A stretch of 64,000 nt of DNA, from positions 1,056,001 to 1,120,000 of the forward strand of contig CAVVCZ010000004.1 of NCBI GenBank assembly GCA_963746845.1, in the 5' to 3' direction. The notes under the pieces are model-generated. The model searched no databases. It saw only the letters and a program-made list of their open reading frames with translations, and was not told the DNA's origin. The stretch's first letter is position 1. Each line of letters opens with the position of its first letter. This document shows, one piece after another, positions 44,085 to 53,132 of this stretch. Origin of the DNA: an uncultured Chloroflexia bacterium. GTDB taxonomy: Bacteria > Chloroflexota > Limnocylindria > Limnocylindrales > CSP1-4. The position numbers and the translations under genes are program-made.

Positions 44085-45032
44085 TCAGGCAGCCAGGCGC
44101 TCGGCGGCCCGCAGACGGGCGCTCCGGGCACGCGGGTTGACGGCGATCTCCGTCGCCGTCGGGGTCAGGGATGGGCGGGTGACGAGCCGCAGCCGCGGGT
44201 TCCGGCCGCAGACGCAGACCGGCAGCTCGGGCGGGCAGATGCAGCCCCGGCGTTCGGCGGCGATGAACCGCTTGACGATTCGGTCCTCGAGCGAGTGGTA
44301 GCTGAGGACGACGAGCCGGCCGCCCGGCCGCAGGAGGTCGACCGCGGCGGCCAGCCCCTCCTGGAGCGCGTCCAGCTCCGCGTTGACGGCGATCCGGAGC
44401 GCCTGGAAGACGCGGGTCGCGGGATGGATCCGGCGACGGACGCGGGGATTGCCGGGCGCGACCCGCTCGACGAGGGCGGCGAGCTCCTCGGCCGTCGCGA
44501 CCGGGGCCGTCGCGCGCGCCGCGACGATCGACCGGGCGATCCGCGCCGCCTGCGGCTCCTCGCCGTAGCGACGGAAGAGCGCCGTCAGCTCCGCGGTGTC
44601 GAGCGTCGCGAGGAGCTCCGCGGCCGGGACGCCGCGCGACGTGTCGAACCGCATGTCCAGCGGTCCGCCGGTGCGGAACCCGAACCCGCGCTCGCGATCC
44701 GCGAGCTGGAAGCTCGACAGCCCGAGGTCGAACAGGAGGCCGTCGACGGCTTCGAACCCGGCATCCGGGGCCACGGTCCGCAGCTCGCGGAAGTTCGCCT
44801 GGCGCAGGACCAGGCGGTCGCCGAAGCGACGTTGGAGGCGACCGGCGACTCTGGCGATGGCCGCCTCATCGGCGTCGAGGCCGAGGAGGCGGCCATCAGG
44901 CTCGGTCGCCTCCAGGATCCGTTCGGTGTGCCCACCGCCGCCGAGGGTGGCGTCGATCTGCAGGCTGCCGGGAGCTGGAGCGAGCATCGACAAGACCTCC
45001 TCCACCAGCACCGGCATGTGCCCTTCCTGCAT
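44085..45032 (-). CDS. rsmH: 16S rRNA m4C1402 methyltransferase
   Basis: H.PVL, DATLGGGGH, DLGLSSFQL, PLDMR, FQALRIAVN, YHSLEDRIVK, NPRARSA. Confidence 0.97.
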   Translation of the reverse strand: MQEGHMPVLVEEVLSMLAPAPGSLQIDATLGGGGHTERILEATEPDGRLLGLDADEAAIARVAGRLQRRFGDRLVLRQANFRELRTVAPDAGFEAVDGLLFDLGLSSFQLADRERGFGFRTGGPLDMRFDTSRGVPAAELLATLDTAELTALFRRYGEEPQAARIARSIVAARATAPVATAEELAALVERVAPGNPRVRRRIHPATRVFQALRIAVNAELDALQEGLAAAVDLLRPGGRLVVLSYHSLEDRIVKRFIAAERRGCICPPELPVCVCGRNPRLRLVTRPSLTPTATEIAVNPRARSARLRAAERLAA

Positions 45033-45122
45033 CTCTCCTCCACCGTTCGACGATCGGATCCCGAGCGGACCCTGGAAGCGCATGTGGTTCGTCCGCCGGC
45101 AGGCTGCCGGTGGACGCTGCCC

Positions 45123-45551
45123 TCAGATCCCGAGGCCTCCGATGGCCTCGGCGAGGGCGGCCGGATCCTCGAGGCTCCGGCGATACGGCTCCCATCGATC
45201 GGGAGCCCAGATCTCGGCGTGGTCGCGGGTGCCGACGACCACGGCTTCCGAGCCGAGGCCCGCCATCTCCCGGAGATAGCCCGGGAGCAGGACGCGGCCC
45301 TGACCGTCGAGGGTCGTCTCGACCGCGCCGGCGAAGATGAAGCGCGAGAACCGGCGAGCGTTCTCGTCGGTGACCGGGAGGGTCGCGACCTTCTCCGCGA
45401 GGGCGTCCCAGCCGGTCCGGGTGTGGATCGCCAGGCACGCGTCGAGCCAGCGTGAGACGACGAGCCCCGCGTCCAACTGGGCGCGGAAGCGCGAAGGGAC
45501 GGCGAGCCGCCCCTTGTCGTCCACCGAGTGCCGGTACTCGCCGGTGAACAC
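45123..45551 (-). CDS. mraZ: Transcriptional regulator MraZ
   Basis: FTGEYRHSVDDKGRL..P and LDGQGRVLLP..LR repeats. Confidence 0.97.
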   Translation of the reverse strand: MFTGEYRHSVDDKGRLAVPSRFRAQLDAGLVVSRWLDACLAIHTRTGWDALAEKVATLPVTDENARRFSRFIFAGAVETTLDGQGRVLLPGYLREMAGLGSEAVVVGTRDHAEIWAPDRWEPYRRSLEDPAALAEAIGGLGI

Positions 45552-45625
45552 CTGACGGGATTCCCCACTTCGGGAGCAATGCCTGGTCGTGGCCTGCGTG
45601 GTCCGGGCCCAGGGTTCCTGTCGAG

Positions 45626-45656
45626 TTCCCCACTTTGGGCCACTTCACACCACTTC
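45626..45656 (-). promoter_or_regulatory. MraZ-binding direct repeats
   Basis: Minus strand GAAGTGGTGT-GAAGTGGCCC-AAAGTGGGGA: three AAGTGG with 10-bp period; a fourth GAAGTGGGGA at about 45562-45571. Confidence 0.8.
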
Positions 45657-45661
45657 CGGGC

Positions 45662-45689
45662 ATGATAGCGCTCCGAGTCACCCCGTCAA
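45662..45689 (-). promoter_or_regulatory. dcw (mraZ) sigma70-type promoter
   Basis: TTGACG-N16-TATCAT immediately upstream of the MraZ repeats. Confidence 0.65.
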
Positions 45690-45723
45690 CAGGGAAATCC
45701 GCACATCTCGGCCACGGGCCGGC

Positions 45724-45933
45724 TTCGGTTCGGCACGGCGGTCCGAGGTCCGCCCTCGTCCGGAGCGGAGCGGAGGACACACGCCGGCGCCGGAGTCGGG
45801 TCGGCCCGGACCGCCTATCGAGTCGGGGATTCGGTCGGGCACGGCGGTCGGAGGCCCGCCCTCGTCCGGAGCGAAGCGGAGGACACAAGGCGGCGCCGGA
45901 GACGGTCGGGCCGGACCGCCTATCGAGTGGGGG
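45724..45933. repeat. Two imperfect tandem copies of a ~105-bp unit with a GAGCGRAGCGGAG (REP-like) core
   Basis: Copies at about 45724-45828 and 45830-45933 share GGCACGGCGGTC..GAGG.CCGCCCTCGTCCGGAGCG.AGCGGAGGACAC...CCGGACCGCCTATCGAGT. Confidence 0.85.
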
Positions 45934-46762
45934 TCGGGATCCTCAGCTCGTCGCCGGCGTGGATCGGGACGCGGAGCCTCGGGTTCATCTTCCGCACCTG
46001 GTCGTAGTCGACCCCGAAGTAGTTCGCGATGCTGACGAGGTTGTCGCCGGACCGGATGACGTAGATCCAGCAGTTCTTCGTCGAGGGGCACGGGGTGAGG
46101 AGGACGAACCGGTTGCTGCTCGGTCGCGGGGTCGGCGTCGGCTTCGGTGGCGGGCTCGATGTCGGCGTGAGGCTGGGTGTCGGCGCTGCCGATGGCTCCG
46201 GCGTCGACGACGGCCCGCTCGATGTCGCGGCGGACGCGTCCGCCGTCGGACCGGCCGATCCCGACGGAGACGCACCCGGCGTCGTCGTTGCCGGGGCGCT
46301 GGCCACGGCGACCTGTGATGGGGCCGGCGAGGCAACGCCCAGGGCGAAGCCGCCGCGGATCGCGAGGAAGCCGAACGAAGCCGCGAGGGCGGCCACGAAG
46401 ATCAGCGCCGCCGCGATCACCGCGGTCGAGACCGGTTCACGGACCGGGGTCGCGGGCGTCGCGCCCGCCAGCTGGACGCCGTGGAGGTAACGCGGGCAGT
46501 TGATGTGCGCAGCCGTCAGGCAGACCAGCTCCTGCTGCCGCGGAGACTGCGGGACGGGGCTGCCGAGAGCGACGCAGCGATGGTCCGGATCGACCGCGGG
46601 GATCGCCGGTCCGAGGACCCCTTCGGCACCTTCGCGCTCGAGGTATGGGCAGGTGGGGATCGCGTCGCCGGGAGCCGCGCGAGGGGCCGGACGGAACAGG
46701 GTCTGGCGCGTCGTCGACCGCGGGATGTCGCGGTCCGGCCCGGCCTCGTCGCCCTCCAGCAC
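45920..46762 (-). CDS. Membrane-anchored LysM domain protein with an N-terminal Cys/His domain
   Basis: C-terminal YVIRSGDNLVSIANYFGV......MN.....IHAGDELRIP; one TM segment and a Pro/Ser/Thr linker; GGAGG SD before GTG. Confidence 0.85.
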   Translation of the reverse strand: MLEGDEAGPDRDIPRSTTRQTLFRPAPRAAPGDAIPTCPYLEREGAEGVLGPAIPAVDPDHRCVALGSPVPQSPRQQELVCLTAAHINCPRYLHGVQLAGATPATPVREPVSTAVIAAALIFVAALAASFGFLAIRGGFALGVASPAPSQVAVASAPATTTPGASPSGSAGPTADASAATSSGPSSTPEPSAAPTPSLTPTSSPPPKPTPTPRPSSNRFVLLTPCPSTKNCWIYVIRSGDNLVSIANYFGVDYDQVRKMNPRLRVPIHAGDELRIPTPTR

Positions 46763-46891
46763 GCACCCTCCGTGAACGCCCCCGCCTTGGACGGCGCGGA
46801 GTCTAGTACGTTTGGGATGTTGCCGTTCGATGCGGGACGGTGCTATCGTCCGCCGCCAGATCGGCCGTGGACCGATCGTTCCGCGCGAGGC

Positions 46892-47146
46892 ATGCCACCC
46901 CCCATGGCTCTGCCCCTTCCGGTCGTGACCCCGGAGACCGATCCGTACCGGCTTGCGCCGCAGCGGATCAAGCGCTGCACCTTCCGTCGCCTGATCCAGC
47001 TCGAGAGTGGCCCGGATCGGCTGTACGACGTGGAATGCCTGCTGCCGGACCGTCGCGTGCCGATCCCCCTCGGCCACCTCGATGCGGCCACCCCGATCTG
47101 CAACGCCTGCACCGCGCCGCACACGTTCCGCCCCGACGAGGACTGA
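46892..47146 (+). CDS. Small Cys-rich hypothetical protein
   Basis: MPPPMALP...RCTFRR...VEC...ICNAC..H; high GC3 codon usage; divergent from the LysM gene. Confidence 0.6.
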   Translation: MPPPMALPLPVVTPETDPYRLAPQRIKRCTFRRLIQLESGPDRLYDVECLLPDRRVPIPLGHLDAATPICNACTAPHTFRPDED

Positions 47147-47238
47147 AACCTCAGGCGGATGGGGTCGCGGAGCTCCCCCTCCGACCTCGGTGAGCGAGGG
47201 CCAGCTCGACGCCGAGGGTGCCGGCTCACGGTCGGTGC

Positions 47239-47609
47239 GTCAGCGAGGCCGTCTGTAAGCCGAGTTCTGTCGCGGCGGCTTGCGCCGTCGCGGATGGCCA
47301 TCCATCTGGGGCCGCCGGTTGCCCGACGGCTCATGCGGCCGACCCGAGGGCTGGGCAGCGCACCTCTCCCCCGACGGGTTGCCCCGCGGGTTGCGCCCTC
47401 CTATTTGGCCTTGCTCCGGGTGGAGTTTGCCTCGTTTCACTCCGCCGCCGGCTTGCGCCGACGACGGCATCGTCACTGTGGCACTGGTCCTCGTCTCACG
47501 ACGGACGGGCGTTACCCGCCACCCTGCGCTGCGGAGCTCGGACTTTCCTCACGCCGTTCAACGGGGTTGCCCCCGACGTGGCGCGCGGCCATCCGACGGC
47601 CTCGCTGAC
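47239..47609 (-). ncRNA. rnpB: RNase P RNA (class A)
   Basis: GAGGAAAGTCCGAGC, AGTGCCACAG, GAGCAAGGCCAAATAG, ACAGAACTCGGCTTA; complementary P1 ends GTCAGCGAGGCCGTC/GACGGCCTCGCTGAC; TAGAAT -10 at 47616-47621. Confidence 0.97.
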
Positions 47610-47656
47610 TCGCTGATTCTAGCCCGGTCGGCCAGATCCACCCACCCGGACGAAGG

Positions 47657-48121
47657 TCAGCGCGCGACCGCCTTCGCCAGCACGATCTCCCCACCGGGCC
47701 CGGCGAGGTGCAGTCGGCCGTCCCCGTCGAGCGCGAGCTGGTTGGCCTGGGCCAGGGCCCCCGAGAAGGCCGTCTCGACGGCGCCGACCCGCTGGTCGAC
47801 GCAGGCCATCGCGGTCATCGCGAGCTGGTCGAAGGCAACCGCACCGGTCGCCTCGTCGTAGCGGAAGCCGCCGCTGAAGTGGTTGCAGCCCCCGCTGCCG
47901 TTGACGTTCCCACCGACGAACTGGATGGTCGGCTCGGACCCCGGGACCGGTGCCTGACCACGGATCGTGATCGCCGTCCAGTTCGGGCCGACGAAGGCCG
48001 ACGCCGACGGCCCGCCCGCCCCGGACGACGCCGGTGGCGTCGTGGTCCCACAGCCGCCGAGGACGGCGAACAGGGACATGACGATCGCGACGAGGCGGAG
48101 GTCGAGGACGGATGGACGCAT
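47657..48121 (-). CDS. META (HslJ-like) domain lipoprotein
   Basis: Lipobox LGGC; W....I.G, G.GGCN.F.G and MTAMAC. Confidence 0.88.
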   Translation of the reverse strand: MRPSVLDLRLVAIVMSLFAVLGGCGTTTPPASSGAGGPSASAFVGPNWTAITIRGQAPVPGSEPTIQFVGGNVNGSGGCNHFSGGFRYDEATGAVAFDQLAMTAMACVDQRVGAVETAFSGALAQANQLALDGDGRLHLAGPGGEIVLAKAVAR

Positions 48122-48147
48122 CAGGCGCACGACGACGACGCGGGCCG

Positions 48148-48627
48148 TCAGGTTCCCGCGACCCGGTCCGGACGCCGAACGATGACCGCCGGTCCGCCGG
48201 CGGCGACCCGGTCGATCGCCTCGTTGCAGAGCGCGTCGGCGAGCGTGTTCTGGGCCCGCGGCACGTGGTCCGCGGACCACCGATCGAACCCGCGCAGGGT
48301 CCGCCGGGCGGCCTCCCAGAGCGGGATCAGCTTGGCGTCCTTGACCCGCCAACGGCCGGCCAGCTGCTCCACGATCAGCTTGGAGTCCAGGAGCATCACG
48401 ACCTCGCGGGCACCGAGGTCGGCGGCCAGGGCCAGGGCGCGCACCACGGCGGTGTACTCGGCGACGTTGTTCGTCTGGACCCCGAGGAACTCCGAGATCG
48501 TCGCGTCCGGCACCGCCCGCGGATGGCGGGCGTCGGGTCGGGCGAGGTCGATCAGGGCGGCTCCCGCGGAGGCCGGGCCGGGGTTGCCCCGCGCCGCGCC
48601 GTCGGTCCGGATGACGAAGCCGCTCAG
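48148..48627 (-). CDS. rnhA: Ribonuclease HI (inferred CTG start)
   Basis: TDGAARGNPG, TNNVAEY, DSKLIVEQL.GRWRVK, HVPRAQN..ADAL.N. Confidence 0.92.
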   Translation of the reverse strand: MSGFVIRTDGAARGNPGPASAGAALIDLARPDARHPRAVPDATISEFLGVQTNNVAEYTAVVRALALAADLGAREVVMLLDSKLIVEQLAGRWRVKDAKLIPLWEAARRTLRGFDRWSADHVPRAQNTLADALCNEAIDRVAAGGPAVIVRRPDRVAGT

Positions 48628-49475
48628 GCGAGGTCTCCCTCGTCCGGGCCTGTGGCCGATGCCGGGCCGGCCGGCGCCGCGCCGGGCGTGCCGGACGGCA
48701 CCACCGGAAGCTGGGTCCCGGCCGCCCCGGAGCCACCACCCCGGATCCGACGCCACAGCATCTGGAGCGGGTCGTAGTGCTTGTCCGCGACCCGCTCCTT
48801 GAGCGGGATGATCGCGTTGTCCGTGATCTTGATGTGCTCCGGGCAGACCTCGGTGCAGCACTTCGTGATGTTGCAGTACCCGATCCCGCCCTCGTCCTTC
48901 AGCCAGGTCGTCCGATCGGCCCCGTCGGCGGGGTGCATCTCGAGGCCGGCAGACCGGACGAGGAACCTCGGCCCGAGGAACGGCCGCTCGATCTCGTGGT
49001 TGCGGAGGACATGACAGACGTCCTGGCACAGGAAGCACTCGATGCACTTCCGGAACTCCTGGACCCGCTCGATGTCCTGCTGCTGCCAGCGCCAATCCTC
49101 GACCGGGATGTCCGTCGGCGGCTGGAACGGCGGGATCGCCTTGTTGATCTCGTAGTTCCACGACACGTCGGTCACGAGGTCCCGGATCAGCGGGAACGCC
49201 CGCATCGGCTCCACGGTGATCGGCTCGGCTGGGTCGAAGTCGGACAGGCGCGTCTTGCACGTGAGGCTGGGCCGGCCGTTGACCTCGGCGCTGCACGACC
49301 CGCACTTGGCGGCCTTGCAGTTCCAGCGGACGGCGAGATCGGGGGCCGCGTGGGCCTGGATCCAGTGCAGGGCGTCGAGGACGACCATCCCCTCCTCGAC
49401 CGGCACCTCGAACTCCGCGAACGTGCCGGGCTCCCTGGGCGAGCCGCGGAAGATCCGCATCAGGATGTTCGGCAT
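48624..49475 (-). CDS. sdhB: Succinate dehydrogenase/fumarate reductase iron-sulfur subunit
   Basis: WNCKAAKCGSC, CIECFLCQDVC, CNITKCCTEVCP. Confidence 0.93.
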   Translation of the reverse strand: MPNILMRIFRGSPREPGTFAEFEVPVEEGMVVLDALHWIQAHAAPDLAVRWNCKAAKCGSCSAEVNGRPSLTCKTRLSDFDPAEPITVEPMRAFPLIRDLVTDVSWNYEINKAIPPFQPPTDIPVEDWRWQQQDIERVQEFRKCIECFLCQDVCHVLRNHEIERPFLGPRFLVRSAGLEMHPADGADRTTWLKDEGGIGYCNITKCCTEVCPEHIKITDNAIIPLKERVADKHYDPLQMLWRRIRGGGSGAAGTQLPVVPSGTPGAAPAGPASATGPDEGDLA

Positions 49476-51292
49476 CAGGCTCCCCCTCCGGCCTCGGCCA
49501 GGACCCGCAGTTCGTCGGACATCGGCGGGACCGGCGACGTCGTCACGGTCATCGCGTCGCCCTCCCGGCGGACGACGACGTTGAGCCTGCCCCATTTGGT
49601 ATCGGTCGACGGATGGTCGAGGCGGCTGTGGGCGCCACGGCTCTCCTTCCGCTTCAGTGCGCTCCGGGCGATCGCCTCCGAGATGTCGATCAGGTTGCGG
49701 AGCTCGAAGACGAGGTTCCAGCCGGGGTTGTAGGCCCGGCCGCCGGTCGCCCGGAGGTCCTTCGACCGCTCGCGGATGTCCGCGAGGCGGGTGATCGCCG
49801 TCTCGAGGTCCGCCTTGGTCCGGAAGATCCCGACGAGCGACTGCATCACCGCCTGGAGCTCCTCGCGGAGCCGGTACGGGTCGGTCCCCTCGGGGCGGGA
49901 CAGGGGCCCGTCCAGCTCGTCCTCGGCAGACCGAAGCTGGACCGGGTTCACGTACGGATCGTCGGCGATCGACGCCGCATGGGCCGTGGCGCCGGCGCCG
50001 GCCCGCTGCCCGAACACGAGCAGGTCCGACAGCGAGTTGCCGCCCAGCCGGTTCGCGCCGTGCATCCCGCCCGCCACCTCGCCCGCGGCGAACAGCCCGG
50101 GCACGGTCGTCGATCCGTTCTCCGCGTCGACGCGGATGCCGCCCATCACGTAGTGCGTCGTCGGGCCGACCTCCATCGGGCCGGCCGTGATGTCGACGTC
50201 GGCGAGCTCCTTGAACTGCTCGTACATCGAGGGGAGCTTGCGGCGGACGTGCTCGGCCGCCAGATAGCTGATATCGAGGAACACGCCGCCGTGGGGCGAG
50301 CCCCGGCCCTCCTTGACCTCGGTGTAGATCGCCCGGGCGACGTTGTCGCGGGTCGACAGCTCCGGTGGGCGCCGTGCGTCGGTCTGGCGCGATTCCGACA
50401 GCGCCTCGACCCAGGTCCGGGCCTCCTCGTCGGTCGCCGCGTACTCGTGTCGGCGGTCCTCCGGGAGGTACTCCCACATGAACCGCGTGCCGTCCTTGTT
50501 GCGGAGGATCCCGCCCTCGCCACGGACGGCCTCCGTCACGAGCAGCCCGCGGACGCCGGGCGGCCAGACCATCCCGGTCGGGTGGAACTGGACGAACTCC
50601 ATGTCGATCAGCTCGGCGCCGGCACGGAGCGCCAGCGCCTGGCCGTCGCCCGAGTACTCCCACGAATTCGACGTGATCTCGTACGCCTTGCCGATCCCGC
50701 CCGTCGCGAGGATGACCGCCTTCGCCGGGAAGACGATCGGCCGGCCGTCGATCCGGCGGTATCCGAACGCGCCGGTGACGCCCGCGCTGGTCGTCGTGAG
50801 GTGGGTGATCGTGTGTTCCATGTACACCGCGACGCCCATCGACACCACCCGGTCCTGGAGCGTCCGGATCATCTCGAGGCCGGTCCGGTCGCCGACATGG
50901 GCGAGCCGCGGGTACGAGTGGCCGCCGAACGGGCGCTGGAGGATCCGGCCGTCGCGCGTCCGATCGAAGACGGCGCCCCACTGCTCCAGCTCGCGCACCC
51001 GCTCGGGCGCCTCGAGGGCGTGGAGCTGGGCCATCCTGACGTTGTTCAGCATCTTCCCGCCGACCATCGTGTCCCGGAAGTGGGTCTGCCACGAGTCGCG
51101 ATCGTCGACGTGCCGGAGGGCCGCGGCGACGCCGCCCTCTGCCATCACGGTGTGGGCCTTGCCGAGGAGCGACTTGCAGACGAGCCCGACCGAGACGCCG
51201 GCCGCCGCGGCCTCGATCGCGGCCCGCAGCCCTGCCCCACCGGCGCCGATCACGAGGACGTCGTGCTGGTGGCGGTCCGCGGGGCTGATCAC
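49475..51292 (-). CDS. sdhA: Succinate dehydrogenase/fumarate reductase flavoprotein subunit
   Basis: GAGGAG, KAHTVMAEGG, QFHPTG, TEAVRGEGG, HGANRLGGNSL, ESRGAH; GTGA overlap. Confidence 0.95.
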   Translation of the reverse strand: MISPADRHQHDVLVIGAGGAGLRAAIEAAAAGVSVGLVCKSLLGKAHTVMAEGGVAAALRHVDDRDSWQTHFRDTMVGGKMLNNVRMAQLHALEAPERVRELEQWGAVFDRTRDGRILQRPFGGHSYPRLAHVGDRTGLEMIRTLQDRVVSMGVAVYMEHTITHLTTTSAGVTGAFGYRRIDGRPIVFPAKAVILATGGIGKAYEITSNSWEYSGDGQALALRAGAELIDMEFVQFHPTGMVWPPGVRGLLVTEAVRGEGGILRNKDGTRFMWEYLPEDRRHEYAATDEEARTWVEALSESRQTDARRPPELSTRDNVARAIYTEVKEGRGSPHGGVFLDISYLAAEHVRRKLPSMYEQFKELADVDITAGPMEVGPTTHYVMGGIRVDAENGSTTVPGLFAAGEVAGGMHGANRLGGNSLSDLLVFGQRAGAGATAHAASIADDPYVNPVQLRSAEDELDGPLSRPEGTDPYRLREELQAVMQSLVGIFRTKADLETAITRLADIRERSKDLRATGGRAYNPGWNLVFELRNLIDISEAIARSALKRKESRGAHSRLDHPSTDTKWGRLNVVVRREGDAMTVTTSPVPPMSDELRVLAEAGGGA

Positions 51293-52110
51293 AGGTGGAT
51301 GGCCGGGTCCGTGATGACCCCGAGGGCGAGAAGCCGGACGTACAGGTCCGCGAGGGTCACCGACAGGAGGCTCGCCCAGGCCCAGGCCATGTGGTGACGG
51401 TTCAGCGCGGTCAGCCGCTGCCACAGCCCGTACCGGACCCGCTGGCGACGGGTGCACGAGAAGCAGTCCATCCGCCCGCCGACGAAGTGGCGGGCCGAGT
51501 GGCATGACAGCGAGTACCCCGTCAGGAGGGTCACATTCACGAAGAAGACCACGACCCCGAGCCCGATCCGGATCCCGCCTTGCGGGCTGTTGAAGATCGA
51601 GGAGATCGCGTCCACCCACAGGAAGAACAGCGGGACGAACGCCAGGTACAGGAAGTAGCGGTGGATGTTCTGGAGGATGAACGGGAAGACCGTCTCCATC
51701 CGGTAGCCGCGATGGATCGTCGGCTCGCCGACCGCGCAGCCCGGCGGATCGGCGAAGTAGAACCGGTAGTAGGCCTTCCGGTAGTAGTAGCAGGTCGCCC
51801 GGAACCCGAGCGGGATCCAGAGGATCAGGATCGCAGGGCTGAACCACGACGGCAGCCAGCTGATGATGATCAACGGCGAGTAGAGCGGCGAGAGGTACCC
51901 GTCCACCTCGTACGGGAGCCCGGTCAGCGGCGTCCAGATGAGACCGCTGAAGAAGAGGTACGTGGCGCAGATCGTGAAGACGATCCCCTGGACGCCGGGG
52001 GCGACCCACCAGCGGTCGCGGCGGAGGGTGCGGCCGAGCCCGCGCGCCGCGGTCCCGGCCGGCTTGAGGACTGTCGATGGGGTCGGGATCGACTCCGGCG
52101 CCGCGGTCAT
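51289..52110 (-). CDS. Succinate dehydrogenase membrane anchor (mycobacterial Sdh1/Rv0249c-like)
   Basis: [49 protein letters not shown]...AW. Confidence 0.85.
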   Translation of the reverse strand: MTAAPESIPTPSTVLKPAGTAARGLGRTLRRDRWWVAPGVQGIVFTICATYLFFSGLIWTPLTGLPYEVDGYLSPLYSPLIIISWLPSWFSPAILILWIPLGFRATCYYYRKAYYRFYFADPPGCAVGEPTIHRGYRMETVFPFILQNIHRYFLYLAFVPLFFLWVDAISSIFNSPQGGIRIGLGVVVFFVNVTLLTGYSLSCHSARHFVGGRMDCFSCTRRQRVRYGLWQRLTALNRHHMAWAWASLLSVTLADLYVRLLALGVITDPAIHL

Positions 52111-53132
52111 CGGGCGGTCGCGGTCGCCGCGGTCAGCCGGTCGATGATCGCGTCGGCGAACTCGCTCGTGCCGGCGTCGCCGCCGAGGTCGGACGTCGTG
52201 CGGCGGCCCTCGGCGATGACCGCCCGGAGCGCCCCTTCGACCTGCTCGGCCGCGTCCTGCTCGCCGAGGTGACGGAGCATGAGGACCCCCGACAGGATCA
52301 GCGCGGTCGGGTTCGCCTTGTTCTGCCCCGCGTACTTCGGCGCGGACCCGTGGACCGGCTCGAAGACCGCCGCCTCGGTGCCGATGTTCGCGCCGGGCGC
52401 CACGCCCAGCCCGCCGACGAGGCCCGCGCACAGATCGCTCACGATGTCGCCGTACAGGTTCGGGAGGACGAGGACGTCGTACAGCTCCGGCTTCTGGACG
52501 AGCTGCATGCACATGTTGTCGACGATCCGGTCCTCGAACTCGATCCGGCCCGCGTACTGCTCCGCGATCGTCCGACAGCTCTCGAGGAACAGCCCGTCGG
52601 AGAGCTTCATGATGTTCGCCTTGTGGACGGCCGTGACCTTGTGCCGGCCGTTCGCGACCGCGTAGTCGAACGCGAACCGTGCGATCCGCTCCGAGGCAGC
52701 GCGGGTGATGATCTTGATGCTCTCGGCGGCGTCCGGGCCGACCATGTGCTCGATCCCGGCGTACAGGTCCTCGGTGTTCTCGCGGACGATCACGAGATCG
52801 ACGTCGTCGTAGCGGGTCTTCAGGCCCTCGATCGAGCGCGCAGGCCGGAGGTTCGCGTAGAGCCCGAGCGTCTGGCGAAGCGTGACATTGACGCTGCGGA
52901 AGCCTGCGCCGACCGGTGTGGTGATCGGGCCCTTGAGGGCCACCTTGTTGCGCCGGATCGACTCGAGGACGGGTTCCGGAAGCGGCGTGCCGTGGGTCGC
53001 GAGCTGGGCCTCGCCCGCCTCCTGGACCTCCCAGTCGAACGCGACGCCCGAGGCGTCGAGCACACGACGGGTCGCCTCCGCCAGCTCCGGTCCGATGCCG
53101 TCGCCGGGGATCAGGGTCACACGGTGGGCCAT
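52107..53132 (-). CDS. icd: Isocitrate dehydrogenase (isocitrate/isopropylmalate dehydrogenase family)
   Basis: [16 protein letters not shown]...[42 protein letters not shown]; TCA gene context. Confidence 0.85.
   Translation of the reverse strand: MAHRVTLIPGDGIGPELAEATRRVLDASGVAFDWEVQEAGEAQLATHGTPLPEPVLESIRRNKVALKGPITTPVGAGFRSVNVTLRQTLGLYANLRPARSIEGLKTRYDDVDLVIVRENTEDLYAGIEHMVGPDAAESIKIITRAASERIARFAFDYAVANGRHKVTAVHKANIMKLSDGLFLESCRTIAEQYAGRIEFEDRIVDNMCMQLVQKPELYDVLVLPNLYGDIVSDLCAGLVGGLGVAPGANIGTEAAVFEPVHGSAPKYAGQNKANPTALILSGVLMLRHLGEQDAAEQVEGALRAVIAEGRRTTSDLGGDAGTSEFADAIIDRLTAATATAR

Noticed and set aside
45724-45933. Tandem repeat as a CRISPR array
   Set aside because: Only two ~105-bp units, no unique spacers and no cas genes.
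47159-47861. ORFs overlapping 47239-47609
   Set aside because: The region is the RNase P RNA gene; the ORFs are incidental.
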